Positions 1 through 9,111 of a DNA stretch of 60,215 nucleotides are shown here, one piece after another. Within the stretch, counting starts at the first letter, position 1. The number at the start of each line of letters is the position of its first letter. The position numbers were made by a program, and so were the translations under genes. The DNA is from a virus (Duplodnaviria; Caudoviricetes): IMG/VR virus record IMGVR_UViG_3300013131_003128, positions 1-60,215 of that record. One strand, given 5' to 3'. The notes under the pieces were generated by a model that was not told the DNA's origin, did no database searches, and worked only from the letters and a program-made list of their open reading frames with translations.

Positions 1-187
1 CTGTGCCCACATGGGCTAAATTTAAGAAATGATCATATTGTAAACTGAGTTCAACTATCTTCTCTATGTCTTGCAGTTGAGTCAAGTCATAACCATTGGA
101 TCTACTGCAGCCGTGTATTTGATCTTTAAAATGTTCATACAACACCAAACCTATGGGAGATGTGTGCCCTGTCATTAATATTTTCAT
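1..187 (-). CDS. Short-chain dehydrogenase/reductase-like protein (partial, runs off the window start)
   Basis: Not in the ORF track. Manual translation from ATG 187 gives MKILMTGHTSPIGLVLYEHF...GCSRSNGYDL, with a Rossmann TGxxxxIG motif. ATGA overlap with the stop of 184..765. Confidence 0.65.
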   Translation of the reverse strand, partial: MKILMTGHTSPIGLVLYEHFKDQIHGCSRSNGYDLTQLQDIEKIVELSLQYDHFLNLAHVGT

Positions 188-765
188 ATCACTGTGAACC
201 TTACAATTTGAATAAATCTACTGTCCGTGTTATCTCCATTGCCATACTCCTCCAGTTCGAACATTATGGGATTGTGTCCTTGCCAATAGAATTCTTTTTC
301 TGCACTTAACATGGTGCCTGCCTGCACTGACTGATTGTGTATCAGTGTTTCGCCGTTCAATTTAAAATGAAAGTATTCTTGACTGATACCAAATTTATCA
401 TTGAAAGATTGCAATGATTGTGCATCACACAGTGATAAATTGTAGATAAATTTACACAACCACCAGTCTGCGTCTTTGTAAATCAAATTGACCTCTGCTG
501 TGAGTGATATGTGTTTGTCATCATGCCAACTTTGTTTATTTTGTAGCACCAATGTGTTGTTATTTTTTTGTAAAACAATTTCAGCACTTCTTTTTATGCT
601 TTTTTTTTCAGCAGTTTCCTTGCTTAGTTCTATGGTATCAAACAGTGTGGAATTGTTCCATTGCAGTGTCAATTGATCCTGCAGTTTGCCTTCAGCAACC
701 AGTTCATTGGCTGCATAAGAAGCACGCATCACTGGAAAATAATCAAACTGTAATGTTTTTTTCAT
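184..765 (-). CDS. Hypothetical protein
   Basis: 193-aa ORF coupled to both neighbours by ATGA overlaps; no motif recognised. Confidence 0.7.
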   Translation of the reverse strand: MKKTLQFDYFPVMRASYAANELVAEGKLQDQLTLQWNNSTLFDTIELSKETAEKKSIKRSAEIVLQKNNNTLVLQNKQSWHDDKHISLTAEVNLIYKDADWWLCKFIYNLSLCDAQSLQSFNDKFGISQEYFHFKLNGETLIHNQSVQAGTMLSAEKEFYWQGHNPIMFELEEYGNGDNTDSRFIQIVRFTVI

Positions 766-1517
766 TGTTTTAATTGTGCCACTAGTTCTTTATTAAAAAT
801 ACCTTCTATTCTCATGGACCAGCTTACTTTGTTGGTGTTTTCCAGTCCGCCATGCCAATCGTGATTGTTCCAATAGAATGAGTTGCCAGGTTTCATGTGT
901 ATTTTTTCGTCTCCATTTTCCACATACAAAGATCTGTCATTCATGGGATCAAACCATATGAAATGCTCTTCTTGTTCATACGGCTCCATCTGTAAAAAAC
1001 AATCTCTGTGTCTGATAGTTTTTAGTCCGGAATTCTTCAACAACAGTATGATCGGTCCCAATGGTTCAAATGGCAGTTCTTTAGCCCAATCCACCAGCGT
1101 GGGAAAATATTTGGATGCCTCTGTCCATCTACAGTCATACATTGGTTTTTTATTTGCATCATAAGGCACACAAGGAGCATTTATGCATCTATCAAATTCT
1201 CTTATCACAAGATAATTCAATGCTTCATACACAGGATACTGATACATTAACCAGTAATGAAAACCCACTGCGTCAGTTTTTTCCAACTCTGCACCGTACT
1301 GTTTTAGTTTGGGATCTGTTTCTTTATCACGCCAATAATTGTATGCACCTCTGATATCGTCTGTATATTCCTCATGATTTTCTATGCCATAGTTCAATCT
1401 AATATGTGCGTGAGCTTTGCCTATGCCATAGTGAATATCTTTTGAGATATCTTTTAATTGTTGGATATTCACATAAGGATCCATACAGATGTATGGTTTA
1501 CCGTAAACACCTTTCAT
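762..1517 (-). CDS. Fe(II)/2-oxoglutarate-type (cupin) oxygenase
   Basis: HxD motif (IRHRD) plus distal His (NNHDWHGG) and terminal SMRIEG, as in Asp/Asn beta-hydroxylase-like phage oxygenases. Confidence 0.65.
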   Translation of the reverse strand: MKGVYGKPYICMDPYVNIQQLKDISKDIHYGIGKAHAHIRLNYGIENHEEYTDDIRGAYNYWRDKETDPKLKQYGAELEKTDAVGFHYWLMYQYPVYEALNYLVIREFDRCINAPCVPYDANKKPMYDCRWTEASKYFPTLVDWAKELPFEPLGPIILLLKNSGLKTIRHRDCFLQMEPYEQEEHFIWFDPMNDRSLYVENGDEKIHMKPGNSFYWNNHDWHGGLENTNKVSWSMRIEGIFNKELVAQLKQ

Positions 1518-1518
1518 A

Positions 1519-2067
1519 TTATCCCCACACGTTGAAAATATATTTGGGCACTAATCCTGCATTGGATCCTGCATGCCATGCAGTGCGTCGGGGCCATTTC
1601 CAAGTGCTGCCTGTTTCTTGATTGTACAAACAATCATCCTCCACAATGAGAACATGTCCTGGCGCTGGTGGACTTATGTGGCAATGAAATCGCACTATTT
1701 CTTTTTGGTGTTCCAAAGTAGCTTCATCATCGGTGATGTCCCAATGCCAAGGTGCTACATCACCAGGTTTCACTCTGCTGATCCAAGCATTGACATAACT
1801 GCTCATTCCCACCCAATCACAGAATTTTTCCACTATCTTTTTGTCAAAATTTGTGCCTGGTAGATACATATCCCAACTGGCATTGCCTCCTTCATGCTTC
1901 ATTTTATAACCAGCTTCACGCAATGGTTTGGCCACTTCTTCCACTCCTGGCACATGGTGTCCTACGTCATGTCTTGGTCCTATATAAGCACTCTGTTGAT
2001 CCTCAATGCTTTTTATAACACTGTGCCAATCAATCACGTCTTTACAATTACCCACGTATTCAAGCAT
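1519..2067 (-). CDS. Fe(II)/2-oxoglutarate-type oxygenase
   Basis: ISRVKPGDVAPWHWD (HxD) and WHAGSNAG (distal His). Confidence 0.7.
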   Translation of the reverse strand: MLEYVGNCKDVIDWHSVIKSIEDQQSAYIGPRHDVGHHVPGVEEVAKPLREAGYKMKHEGGNASWDMYLPGTNFDKKIVEKFCDWVGMSSYVNAWISRVKPGDVAPWHWDITDDEATLEHQKEIVRFHCHISPPAPGHVLIVEDDCLYNQETGSTWKWPRRTAWHAGSNAGLVPKYIFNVWG

Positions 2068-2695
2068 TTAAAAAATCTCCTGGCCATTCACCATAATTCA
2101 TTTTTACAGTTAATTCATACAATTTAAAAGTGTCGTACAGTTCACCCACAAGACTCTGAGCAAATCTAGGATGATTAGAATCAAACAATATGGATTTTAA
2201 CAATTCTTTGGACACATATCTATCTTCAGTGCTGCTGCAACCATACAAGTCCATGATGCGAATGTGATTGTTATTATCCATGTAAAAAGTATGTGGGTAA
2301 AGATTGGATTTGCGTATGTTGTCAGCTAATAAGTCAATAAGTATGTCTTTGATCTGCTGTTGCCAATTGGACACTGTGGATATTTCGCCAGTGTGTATCA
2401 TTTTACTCACACTGCGATCATACCATTTGAATTCCACAATTCTATTTTTGTAGTCAATATTTGAAATTTCAGGAGCATATGGTTTGTGTTTTAATTTTTC
2501 CATGTAATTGATTTCTCTTGAAAACCAATTTTGTCTTAGATCCTCAGTCATGTTAGTATTAACAAAATACGTGTTGTCATTAAAATTCATTTTAAATATA
2601 GTTTTATTAGGATTAATCAATGGTTCATACACCAAATTAGCAATAGCCAATGTGCCCAATTCATACTTGTAAAAGTTATTCCAGTATTCTATCAT
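2060..2695 (-). CDS. Kinase-like (APH/protein kinase fold) protein
   Basis: FKM...REI N-lobe pattern, degenerate catalytic loop SNLYPHTF, DFG-like IMDLY. Confidence 0.45.
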   Translation of the reverse strand: MIEYWNNFYKYELGTLAIANLVYEPLINPNKTIFKMNFNDNTYFVNTNMTEDLRQNWFSREINYMEKLKHKPYAPEISNIDYKNRIVEFKWYDRSVSKMIHTGEISTVSNWQQQIKDILIDLLADNIRKSNLYPHTFYMDNNNHIRIMDLYGCSSTEDRYVSKELLKSILFDSNHPRFAQSLVGELYDTFKLYELTVKMNYGEWPGDFLNA

Positions 2696-2771
2696 AATGC
2701 GTATTTGTTAAATACTTATTTGCCGCATTGGTCCATAGAGGCCATTATAGATTAGTGCGGTTATACAATAA

Positions 2772-3956
2772 TTAAACCACAATTTCAAATATTCTTTTAT
2801 TGCTACTGTGTAGGTCAGTTAAAGTAACAAATTGAATTAAGTCTTGGAATTTCATTTGCAACATGGTTTGAATTTCTTTGGGCAAAGCCGGAATAGGCTC
2901 AATATATACCATATATCCCTTTTCTAACAATTTACAACACAACAAATACAATTGGCTTTGTTCAATGTCCATCACGTTTGGTTTGTAAGATATGTTTTTA
3001 AAATAGAATGGCAAATTTTCTACATTTTTTTTTGCAAAAAAATCTGCTAAGAATAATGTATGCTGTTGGTTAAATTGGTCAACAGTATCACCCATAGCAA
3101 ATTTTATTCCTACTTTAGATGCATAATGAGACAGTGCTCTATTATCTCTAGGTAAACATGGGCCGCCGTATCCTAATCCATATTTAAAAAATTTTTTTCC
3201 TATTCTTGTATCTGAACCTATCATATCCAATGTAAGATCGATTTCATTATCCAGTTTAGACATAATTAAAATTTCTCCTAAAATATTTGCAAAAGATATT
3301 TTAGTAGTCAAATAACAATTCACAGCTATTTTTGCTATCTCTGCTGCGGTGAAACTTAATACATGTATGTTTGGTTTTATGGTTTGTATATCAAAATAAA
3401 TTTGTTGATATTTTTTTATTACCTTATTAGATTTCCCACCTATCAATACTATCTCTGCTTGTTGTAGATCTTTTATTATAGTACCCTGAGCTGTAAATAC
3501 TGGATTGTACAACAAAGACGCATGATATGGTTGCAATTGTTTTTCTAAATTTTCACAATTTCCAGGATTTACTGTGCTACCCACAACTATTATTTTTTCT
3601 TTAATATCTAAATTACATTTACATATTTGTGTAATAATATTTTGAATTTTAGAAATATCATAACTTCCATCGGAGTTACTTGGAGTAGGCACCATAATAT
3701 AAATTATTTCACAATTTTGAAATATTTTTTGAGCGTCGTTGATAAACACTATGTGATTATTTTTAAACAAATTGCACACATCAGGCTCGTTATTATTCAC
3801 AACACCTTGTTTTAAATTTTCCACATGAACTTTGTTATTATCGTAAGCGTACACTTGATATCCAGCTTGGTCTAAAAGTAATGCATAGCAAAGACCAATA
3901 CGGCCAACACCTATTACTCCTATGTTTGGTAATGTTTTTTTGTTTGAAATATTCAT
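2772..3956 (-). CDS. UDP-glucose/GDP-mannose dehydrogenase family protein
   Basis: GVIGVGRIG Rossmann motif, VPTP, STVNPG, AEIAK, catalytic GYGGPCLPRD. Confidence 0.9.
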   Translation of the reverse strand: MNISNKKTLPNIGVIGVGRIGLCYALLLDQAGYQVYAYDNNKVHVENLKQGVVNNNEPDVCNLFKNNHIVFINDAQKIFQNCEIIYIMVPTPSNSDGSYDISKIQNIITQICKCNLDIKEKIIVVGSTVNPGNCENLEKQLQPYHASLLYNPVFTAQGTIIKDLQQAEIVLIGGKSNKVIKKYQQIYFDIQTIKPNIHVLSFTAAEIAKIAVNCYLTTKISFANILGEILIMSKLDNEIDLTLDMIGSDTRIGKKFFKYGLGYGGPCLPRDNRALSHYASKVGIKFAMGDTVDQFNQQHTLFLADFFAKKNVENLPFYFKNISYKPNVMDIEQSQLYLLCCKLLEKGYMVYIEPIPALPKEIQTMLQMKFQDLIQFVTLTDLHSSNKRIFEIVV

Positions 3957-3992
3957 TTAAATGTGTATTTGATGTGCTTGGCCAGTTTAATC

Positions 3993-4691
3993 TTAATCAT
4001 GCGTAATTTGCACCGCAAATCCGCAATTATTTGAAATGTTTTTTAATTCTTTCAAATATTCTCTTTCCAAATCAAGATTTATTTCTTCATCTGTGATTGC
4101 TTTAAAATTATCAATAATTTTTTCCTTATTGGCTTTGTTTAACCAAATAGAAAAAGTTTGATCAAAAAGATATCTTAAATTATAAGGCGCATCTATGGCT
4201 TTAATTTTAACATGTGTTGGATTTTGTAACTGACCTCTGTTCAGTAATTTCCTTATGACCAATTGAATTCTATCTAAATATCCAAAATTCACAGCAGTGT
4301 GTATGTGTGTAGTATCCATAAGATAACAACAATTATCTGTCAAAGTAGGATACATTTTTGTGTTCACTAGATCAATCAGATAGCTGTGTTCTCCCTGCAA
4401 TGTCACATGATATCTATCATCGATATCGGAATGTGCAAGATAAGTGAAGCCTGGTTTCATTACAATTATTCTTGCTTCACCTACTGGTCCCAACGTGTTA
4501 AAAAGTTGCACTAGTTCTTTGGTTTGCCACTCTGATTTTAACTTCCAAGGATCATAGAAAAAATCTCCTGTTGGATCATTCATACAAGTCTTACACATGA
4601 ATGTTTCTTTGTCTTTGTGTTCAGTGTTGAATTTTGGTAAATTTTTTAAAATATCTTGTGCTGATAGTTTTATATCTAATTTTTGAAGCAT
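3993..4691 (-). CDS. Asp/Asn beta-hydroxylase-like Fe(II)/2OG oxygenase
   Basis: EARIIVMKPG...AHSDIDDRYH...HIHTAVNFG...RIQLV. Confidence 0.75.
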   Translation of the reverse strand: MLQKLDIKLSAQDILKNLPKFNTEHKDKETFMCKTCMNDPTGDFFYDPWKLKSEWQTKELVQLFNTLGPVGEARIIVMKPGFTYLAHSDIDDRYHVTLQGEHSYLIDLVNTKMYPTLTDNCCYLMDTTHIHTAVNFGYLDRIQLVIRKLLNRGQLQNPTHVKIKAIDAPYNLRYLFDQTFSIWLNKANKEKIIDNFKAITDEEINLDLEREYLKELKNISNNCGFAVQITHD

Positions 4692-4695
4692 ATTG

Positions 4696-4743
4696 GTATT
4701 TATCGCAAAATATTATGTGGGCAGTTAATTAAGGTAAATATAC
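4696..4743. promoter_or_regulatory. Back-to-back T4-type late promoters
   Basis: ATAAATAC on the minus strand (4696-4703) just upstream of ATG 4691; TAAATA on the plus strand (4735-4740) upstream of ATG 4753. Both resemble the gp55 box TATAAATA. Confidence 0.55.
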
Positions 4744-4752
4744 TTTGATAAC

Positions 4753-6222
4753 ATGTCCTATATAGAAACATCAGAATCTGTCGATGAAACTGCTGCTGAA
4801 AAATTGCTGCATGCCCATAAAGACCAAAAAAATTCGCAACTTTTAGATTGGAAGGAAAAAATTAAACAAATATCTGGCAGTTCTAGTTTTTGTATTCTGC
4901 CATGGATACATCTAGCCACTAGACCCAATGGCGACATGAGAATATGTTGTGTGGCCAATGCTAGCGGAGCAGACAGTGGAGACTACAAAGTAGGACTGGT
5001 CAAAAAAGAAGATGGTGAGCCTGCCAACTTTGGAAAAGATTTGCCCACTGCAGCATTCAACAACGACTACATGAAATCTGTAAGAAAGTTGATGTTGTCT
5101 GGACAAATACCTGCCAGCTGCACAAAATGTTTTGATGAAGAAGACAAAGGCATAGTCAGTAAACGAGTTTGGGAAACAGGCACTTGGTATCTGCAGGAGC
5201 AAACAGACATCAAAGAACTCATAAGAGAAACCCAAGAAGATGGAACAGTGCCGCATAAGTTACAATATCTTGATCTTAGATTAGGTCACACTTGCAATTT
5301 AAAATGCATCATGTGTTCACCTCATGATTCCAGTCAATGGGTCAATGATCACAAAACAGTATACCCTCAGTTCACTAGCGAATTAATCAAAAAACAAATG
5401 AGTTGGCAACAGGATGATTTCGATAATCGCTGGCATGAAAATCCTGCATTTTGGGAACAGATCTATGAACAAATACCCCACATAAAACAATTATATTTTG
5501 CAGGTGGTGAACCATTATTAATAAAAGAACACAAGGCTTTCTTGAAAGAAATTATTAAAAGAGGACATGCTCACAAGATAGGTTTACGGTACAATACCAA
5601 TGGCACATTGATCAATGAAGAAATAATAGAAATTTGGGAGCAATTTAAAAAAGTTAAGGTGGGCATAAGTGTGGATGCCATAGGTGATCGTTTGCATTAC
5701 ATACGTTTTCCCACTGATTCAACACAGGTAGAAAAAAATCTATGGCGTCTTGAACGCACCAGTGAAAGAATACAGACCAGCATTGCATTGGCTGTGCAGA
5801 TATTAAACATCAAACATGTGCCAGATTTTATTAAATGGAAAGTGAACAGTGGATTTAAAAAATTAAATTTTGACACTAATGCTGCAGGACAAATTACTGG
5901 CGGTGGTCTGGTAGGTGTGCATCTTTTATGGATACCCACATGGTTATCCATACGTGTGTTGCCCAAAGAAGACAAAGTTCATGTGAGACAATTGTTTGCT
6001 GAATTAAAACAATGGTTATGGAAGCATTACACCAAAGACACAGAGTTTTGGGAGAAAAATCCATATGGCTGGAAGCGTTGGGAAGGCATACTGGACTGGA
6101 TGAATGCTACAGATCACACTAATTTACTGCCGGATTTTAAACAATACATAGAAAAGATGGATCAACATAGAAAAACTGATTTTCGATTGACCTTTCCTGA
6201 AATTTCTCATTTGATCAAATGA
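4753..6222 (+). CDS. Radical SAM protein with N-terminal SPASM/twitch-like Cys domain
   Basis: CNLKCIMC (CxxxCxxC), FAGGEP, YNTNG; N-terminal FCILPW...CC...CTKC. Confidence 0.9.
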   Translation: MSYIETSESVDETAAEKLLHAHKDQKNSQLLDWKEKIKQISGSSSFCILPWIHLATRPNGDMRICCVANASGADSGDYKVGLVKKEDGEPANFGKDLPTAAFNNDYMKSVRKLMLSGQIPASCTKCFDEEDKGIVSKRVWETGTWYLQEQTDIKELIRETQEDGTVPHKLQYLDLRLGHTCNLKCIMCSPHDSSQWVNDHKTVYPQFTSELIKKQMSWQQDDFDNRWHENPAFWEQIYEQIPHIKQLYFAGGEPLLIKEHKAFLKEIIKRGHAHKIGLRYNTNGTLINEEIIEIWEQFKKVKVGISVDAIGDRLHYIRFPTDSTQVEKNLWRLERTSERIQTSIALAVQILNIKHVPDFIKWKVNSGFKKLNFDTNAAGQITGGGLVGVHLLWIPTWLSIRVLPKEDKVHVRQLFAELKQWLWKHYTKDTEFWEKNPYGWKRWEGILDWMNATDHTNLLPDFKQYIEKMDQHRKTDFRLTFPEISHLIK

Positions 6223-7238
6223 AACCTGTAAGAATAGACTCCACTCAAAAAAAACACATTTTAAATGTGCGTTGGAACCCCAATAATGTTTGTAACTTTC
6301 AATGTCGTTATTGTTTTCCTGACGCCAATACAGGCACTCACAAATCGCCTAAAGATTTAGATTTGGTTATAAAAAATTGGGATCATCTATTAAATTTTTA
6401 CAAAACCAAGCTCAACAAGAGCAAATTTCAATTTTTTATAGCAGGCGGTGAACCCACGCTATGGAAGGATCTAGGAATTTTTATGTTTGAAATTAAAAAA
6501 AAACACAATGCCTACATCAGTCTTATATCCAATGGCTCACGCACAGTAAGATGGTGGAAAGAGCATGCCAATGAGATAGACAATGCACATCTTACTTTAC
6601 ATCTAGCACAAGGAGATGTGAACCACATGATTGAAGTATCAGATGTATTGTATGCAGCTGGATCTAAAGTCACAGTTAAAGTGCTTATGGATCCTAATCA
6701 CTGGTCACAAGGCATAGAAGCCATTGCAAAAATGAAAAAATACAGTAAGTATCCTTGGTTTATCATGGTGGCAGAAGTGATAGAGCCCTATCATATCAGC
6801 AACGAAATCGCTCCTGGAGTCAAACGATATGACAAGAAACAATTACAATATTTGAAAAAGGATTTAAAGAGATGGCCCAGTCTATGGTGGTTTTGGAAAA
6901 ATCGAAAATTACTTAAAGATGAAATAAGATTGTATGAGAGCAAATACACCATGCCAGAAGGCACAACAAAATATGCTAGACCTGGTACCTATATCAATGA
7001 AGGATGGAATCAATTTAAAGATTGGAAATGCAACATAGGTTTAGAAAGCATATATGTGGATTGGAACGGTGATCTCAAAGGAGCCTGCAATGCAAAGTTG
7101 TATGGTTTAAACTATTATCACAATATTTTAAAAACAGATTTCATCAACACATTTAACCCAGAAATCAAACCAGTAACCTGTCCTTTTGCTGCTTGTTTTT
7201 GCATGCCCGAAACACAAATTACAAAATGGAAAACATAA
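6219..7238 (+). CDS. Radical SAM protein with C-terminal twitch/SPASM-like domain
   Basis: CNFQCRYC, AGGEPT, SNGSR; C-terminal CNIG...GAC...CPFAACFC. Confidence 0.9.
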   Translation: MKPVRIDSTQKKHILNVRWNPNNVCNFQCRYCFPDANTGTHKSPKDLDLVIKNWDHLLNFYKTKLNKSKFQFFIAGGEPTLWKDLGIFMFEIKKKHNAYISLISNGSRTVRWWKEHANEIDNAHLTLHLAQGDVNHMIEVSDVLYAAGSKVTVKVLMDPNHWSQGIEAIAKMKKYSKYPWFIMVAEVIEPYHISNEIAPGVKRYDKKQLQYLKKDLKRWPSLWWFWKNRKLLKDEIRLYESKYTMPEGTTKYARPGTYINEGWNQFKDWKCNIGLESIYVDWNGDLKGACNAKLYGLNYYHNILKTDFINTFNPEIKPVTCPFAACFCMPETQITKWKT

Positions 7239-8215
7239 TACAAATACACAGTAATCAGCACAAAGATAGTTTAAGAATTGAATTATTTCTCAGCAACAGA
7301 TGCAATTACAAGTGCTGGTATTGTTTTCCTGGATCCAATGAAGGCACACACGGTTGGCCCGATCTAGCACTGATCAAAAAAAATCTTTCTCATCTCATTG
7401 AACATTACAAAAAAAATATTGGCAAAAAAGATTTCTATCTGCATATTATAGGGGGTGAGCCCACCATATGGAAAGATTTTGGAGAATTTACCAAATACTT
7501 TAAAATAAAATTCAACTGTTTAATCAGCATTAGCACCAATGGATCACGCACACTGAGATGGTGGGAAGAATATGGTCATTACAATGACATTGTGATGCTG
7601 AGCTGTCATCATGAAAGAGTGCATGTGCCACATATCATTGCTGTAGCAGATCTTTTACACAGTAAAAAAGTTGTGGTGGATGCCAATGTACTTATGGATC
7701 CACATGCTTGGGATAAATGCATATCCATAGTAGAACAACTTAAAAATAGCAATCATAAATGGGCTATAAACGTGTTAGAAATATATCACGCCACCGTAGA
7801 ATATAATTTTGAACAAAAAAAATATATCAGTCACTGTAATAAAAGAGAACCTTCGTTAATGCAATATTTTTTTAGTAAAAAAAGAAGGAGATTTGAAAAA
7901 TTTAATCGTTCACCTACAGTTTTATTCAGTAATCACAGTAAAAAAAAAGTTTCAGAAAACTATATTTCTTTAAACGGACAAAATCATTTTCAAGGATGGT
8001 TATGTCATGTGGGAGTAGATACTATTCAGATTGACAAAGATGGACGTATTAAAGGAGCGTGTGGCAATAGACTTTTTATGAAAAACTATTATTTTAATCT
8101 ATTAGATCAAAATTTTACTGATAAGTTTTATCCAGATATTGTGCCCACAATTTGTGAAAGAAAAAATTGTACATGTCAGCCTGAAATAAATTGCAATAAA
8201 AAACTTTTAATTTAA
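7226..8215 (+). CDS. Radical SAM protein, paralog of 6219..7238
   Basis: CNYKCWYC, IGGEPT, TNGSR, CHVG...GAC...CERKNCTC. Likely start is ATG 7226. Confidence 0.9.
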   Translation: MENIIQIHSNQHKDSLRIELFLSNRCNYKCWYCFPGSNEGTHGWPDLALIKKNLSHLIEHYKKNIGKKDFYLHIIGGEPTIWKDFGEFTKYFKIKFNCLISISTNGSRTLRWWEEYGHYNDIVMLSCHHERVHVPHIIAVADLLHSKKVVVDANVLMDPHAWDKCISIVEQLKNSNHKWAINVLEIYHATVEYNFEQKKYISHCNKREPSLMQYFFSKKRRRFEKFNRSPTVLFSNHSKKKVSENYISLNGQNHFQGWLCHVGVDTIQIDKDGRIKGACGNRLFMKNYYFNLLDQNFTDKFYPDIVPTICERKNCTCQPEINCNKKLLI

Positions 8216-9111
8216 TAATTTTTATTTTTAGTGATTGCTATATCTGCTGCACAAGTGCACCAATTTCTAGTGCAGATTATAGAATTTTTAGGCATTTCAA
8301 ATTTACCATGATAGATGTTACCCAAACTGCCACCCACCCTACAAGTGGCTCGGTGAACTGCACCATCCCAATTGATCATGAGACTTTCCACTCCAGCCAT
8401 GCAACTCCATCCTTTAAATTGATTGTTTTTGTTGATTAATAAATCATTCACATTGCAACGTACTTTGTCATCTATCAAAATATTTTTTGGTGGTGTGTGA
8501 TTGCTCACTGTCAAAAATTCTTTTTCTTCTTCGCTGTAATGGATCATGTCTTCAAAATCATCATGTGTTTTGGTCCAGCGTATGGGTCTTAATGCATAAG
8601 ATATGTTGTGTTCTAAAAGAGCCTTACAAGCGTCTTTAACGTCTTTTAAACGCCCTGGCAGCATCATCATATGCACTAGAACATTTTTGTTGGCAGACTG
8701 CTTATAAACCTTGATAATTGTGTTTATGACCTTCAGCCAATCAGATTCGAAATGCACACTGAACACAATGTGATTAATATAATTTTCCAAAATATTTTGG
8801 TAGAATTCCACAGTTCTGGTACCATTGGTGGTAACATTGATCCAACCTATTTTCATTTGTTTCATATGAACAAGTAATTCTTCAATGTGAGGATGCACAC
8901 AAGGCTCTCCGCCCGTAAGACTGATGCGTATTTTGCCCAATTGAGACAGCACATCCACAGTGGATTTAAGCACTGATATATCAGTGTGCTCACTGTAATT
9001 GTCGTGTATCTCGGCAGGACAGTAGGAGCAATCAAGATTACAACGTTTGCCGAGATTCCATTCAACTTTAATCTGATCCTGATGAGGCCAATTGCTGGTA
9101 ATTTTATACAT
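8212..9111 (-). CDS. Radical SAM protein with C-terminal twitch-like domain
   Basis: CNLDCSYC, TGGEP, TTNG, CMAG...ATC...CTRNWCTC. Likely start is ATG 9111. Confidence 0.9.
   Translation of the reverse strand: MYKITSNWPHQDQIKVEWNLGKRCNLDCSYCPAEIHDNYSEHTDISVLKSTVDVLSQLGKIRISLTGGEPCVHPHIEELLVHMKQMKIGWINVTTNGTRTVEFYQNILENYINHIVFSVHFESDWLKVINTIIKVYKQSANKNVLVHMMMLPGRLKDVKDACKALLEHNISYALRPIRWTKTHDDFEDMIHYSEEEKEFLTVSNHTPPKNILIDDKVRCNVNDLLINKNNQFKGWSCMAGVESLMINWDGAVHRATCRVGGSLGNIYHGKFEMPKNSIICTRNWCTCAADIAITKNKNY

Noticed and set aside
2696-2771. Inverted repeats (GTATTT-GTT-AAATAC; CCGCA...TGCGG) as a riboswitch, or a RiPP precursor for the radical SAM enzymes
   Set aside because: Stems are short and weak, and no small precursor ORF is visible here or elsewhere in the island.
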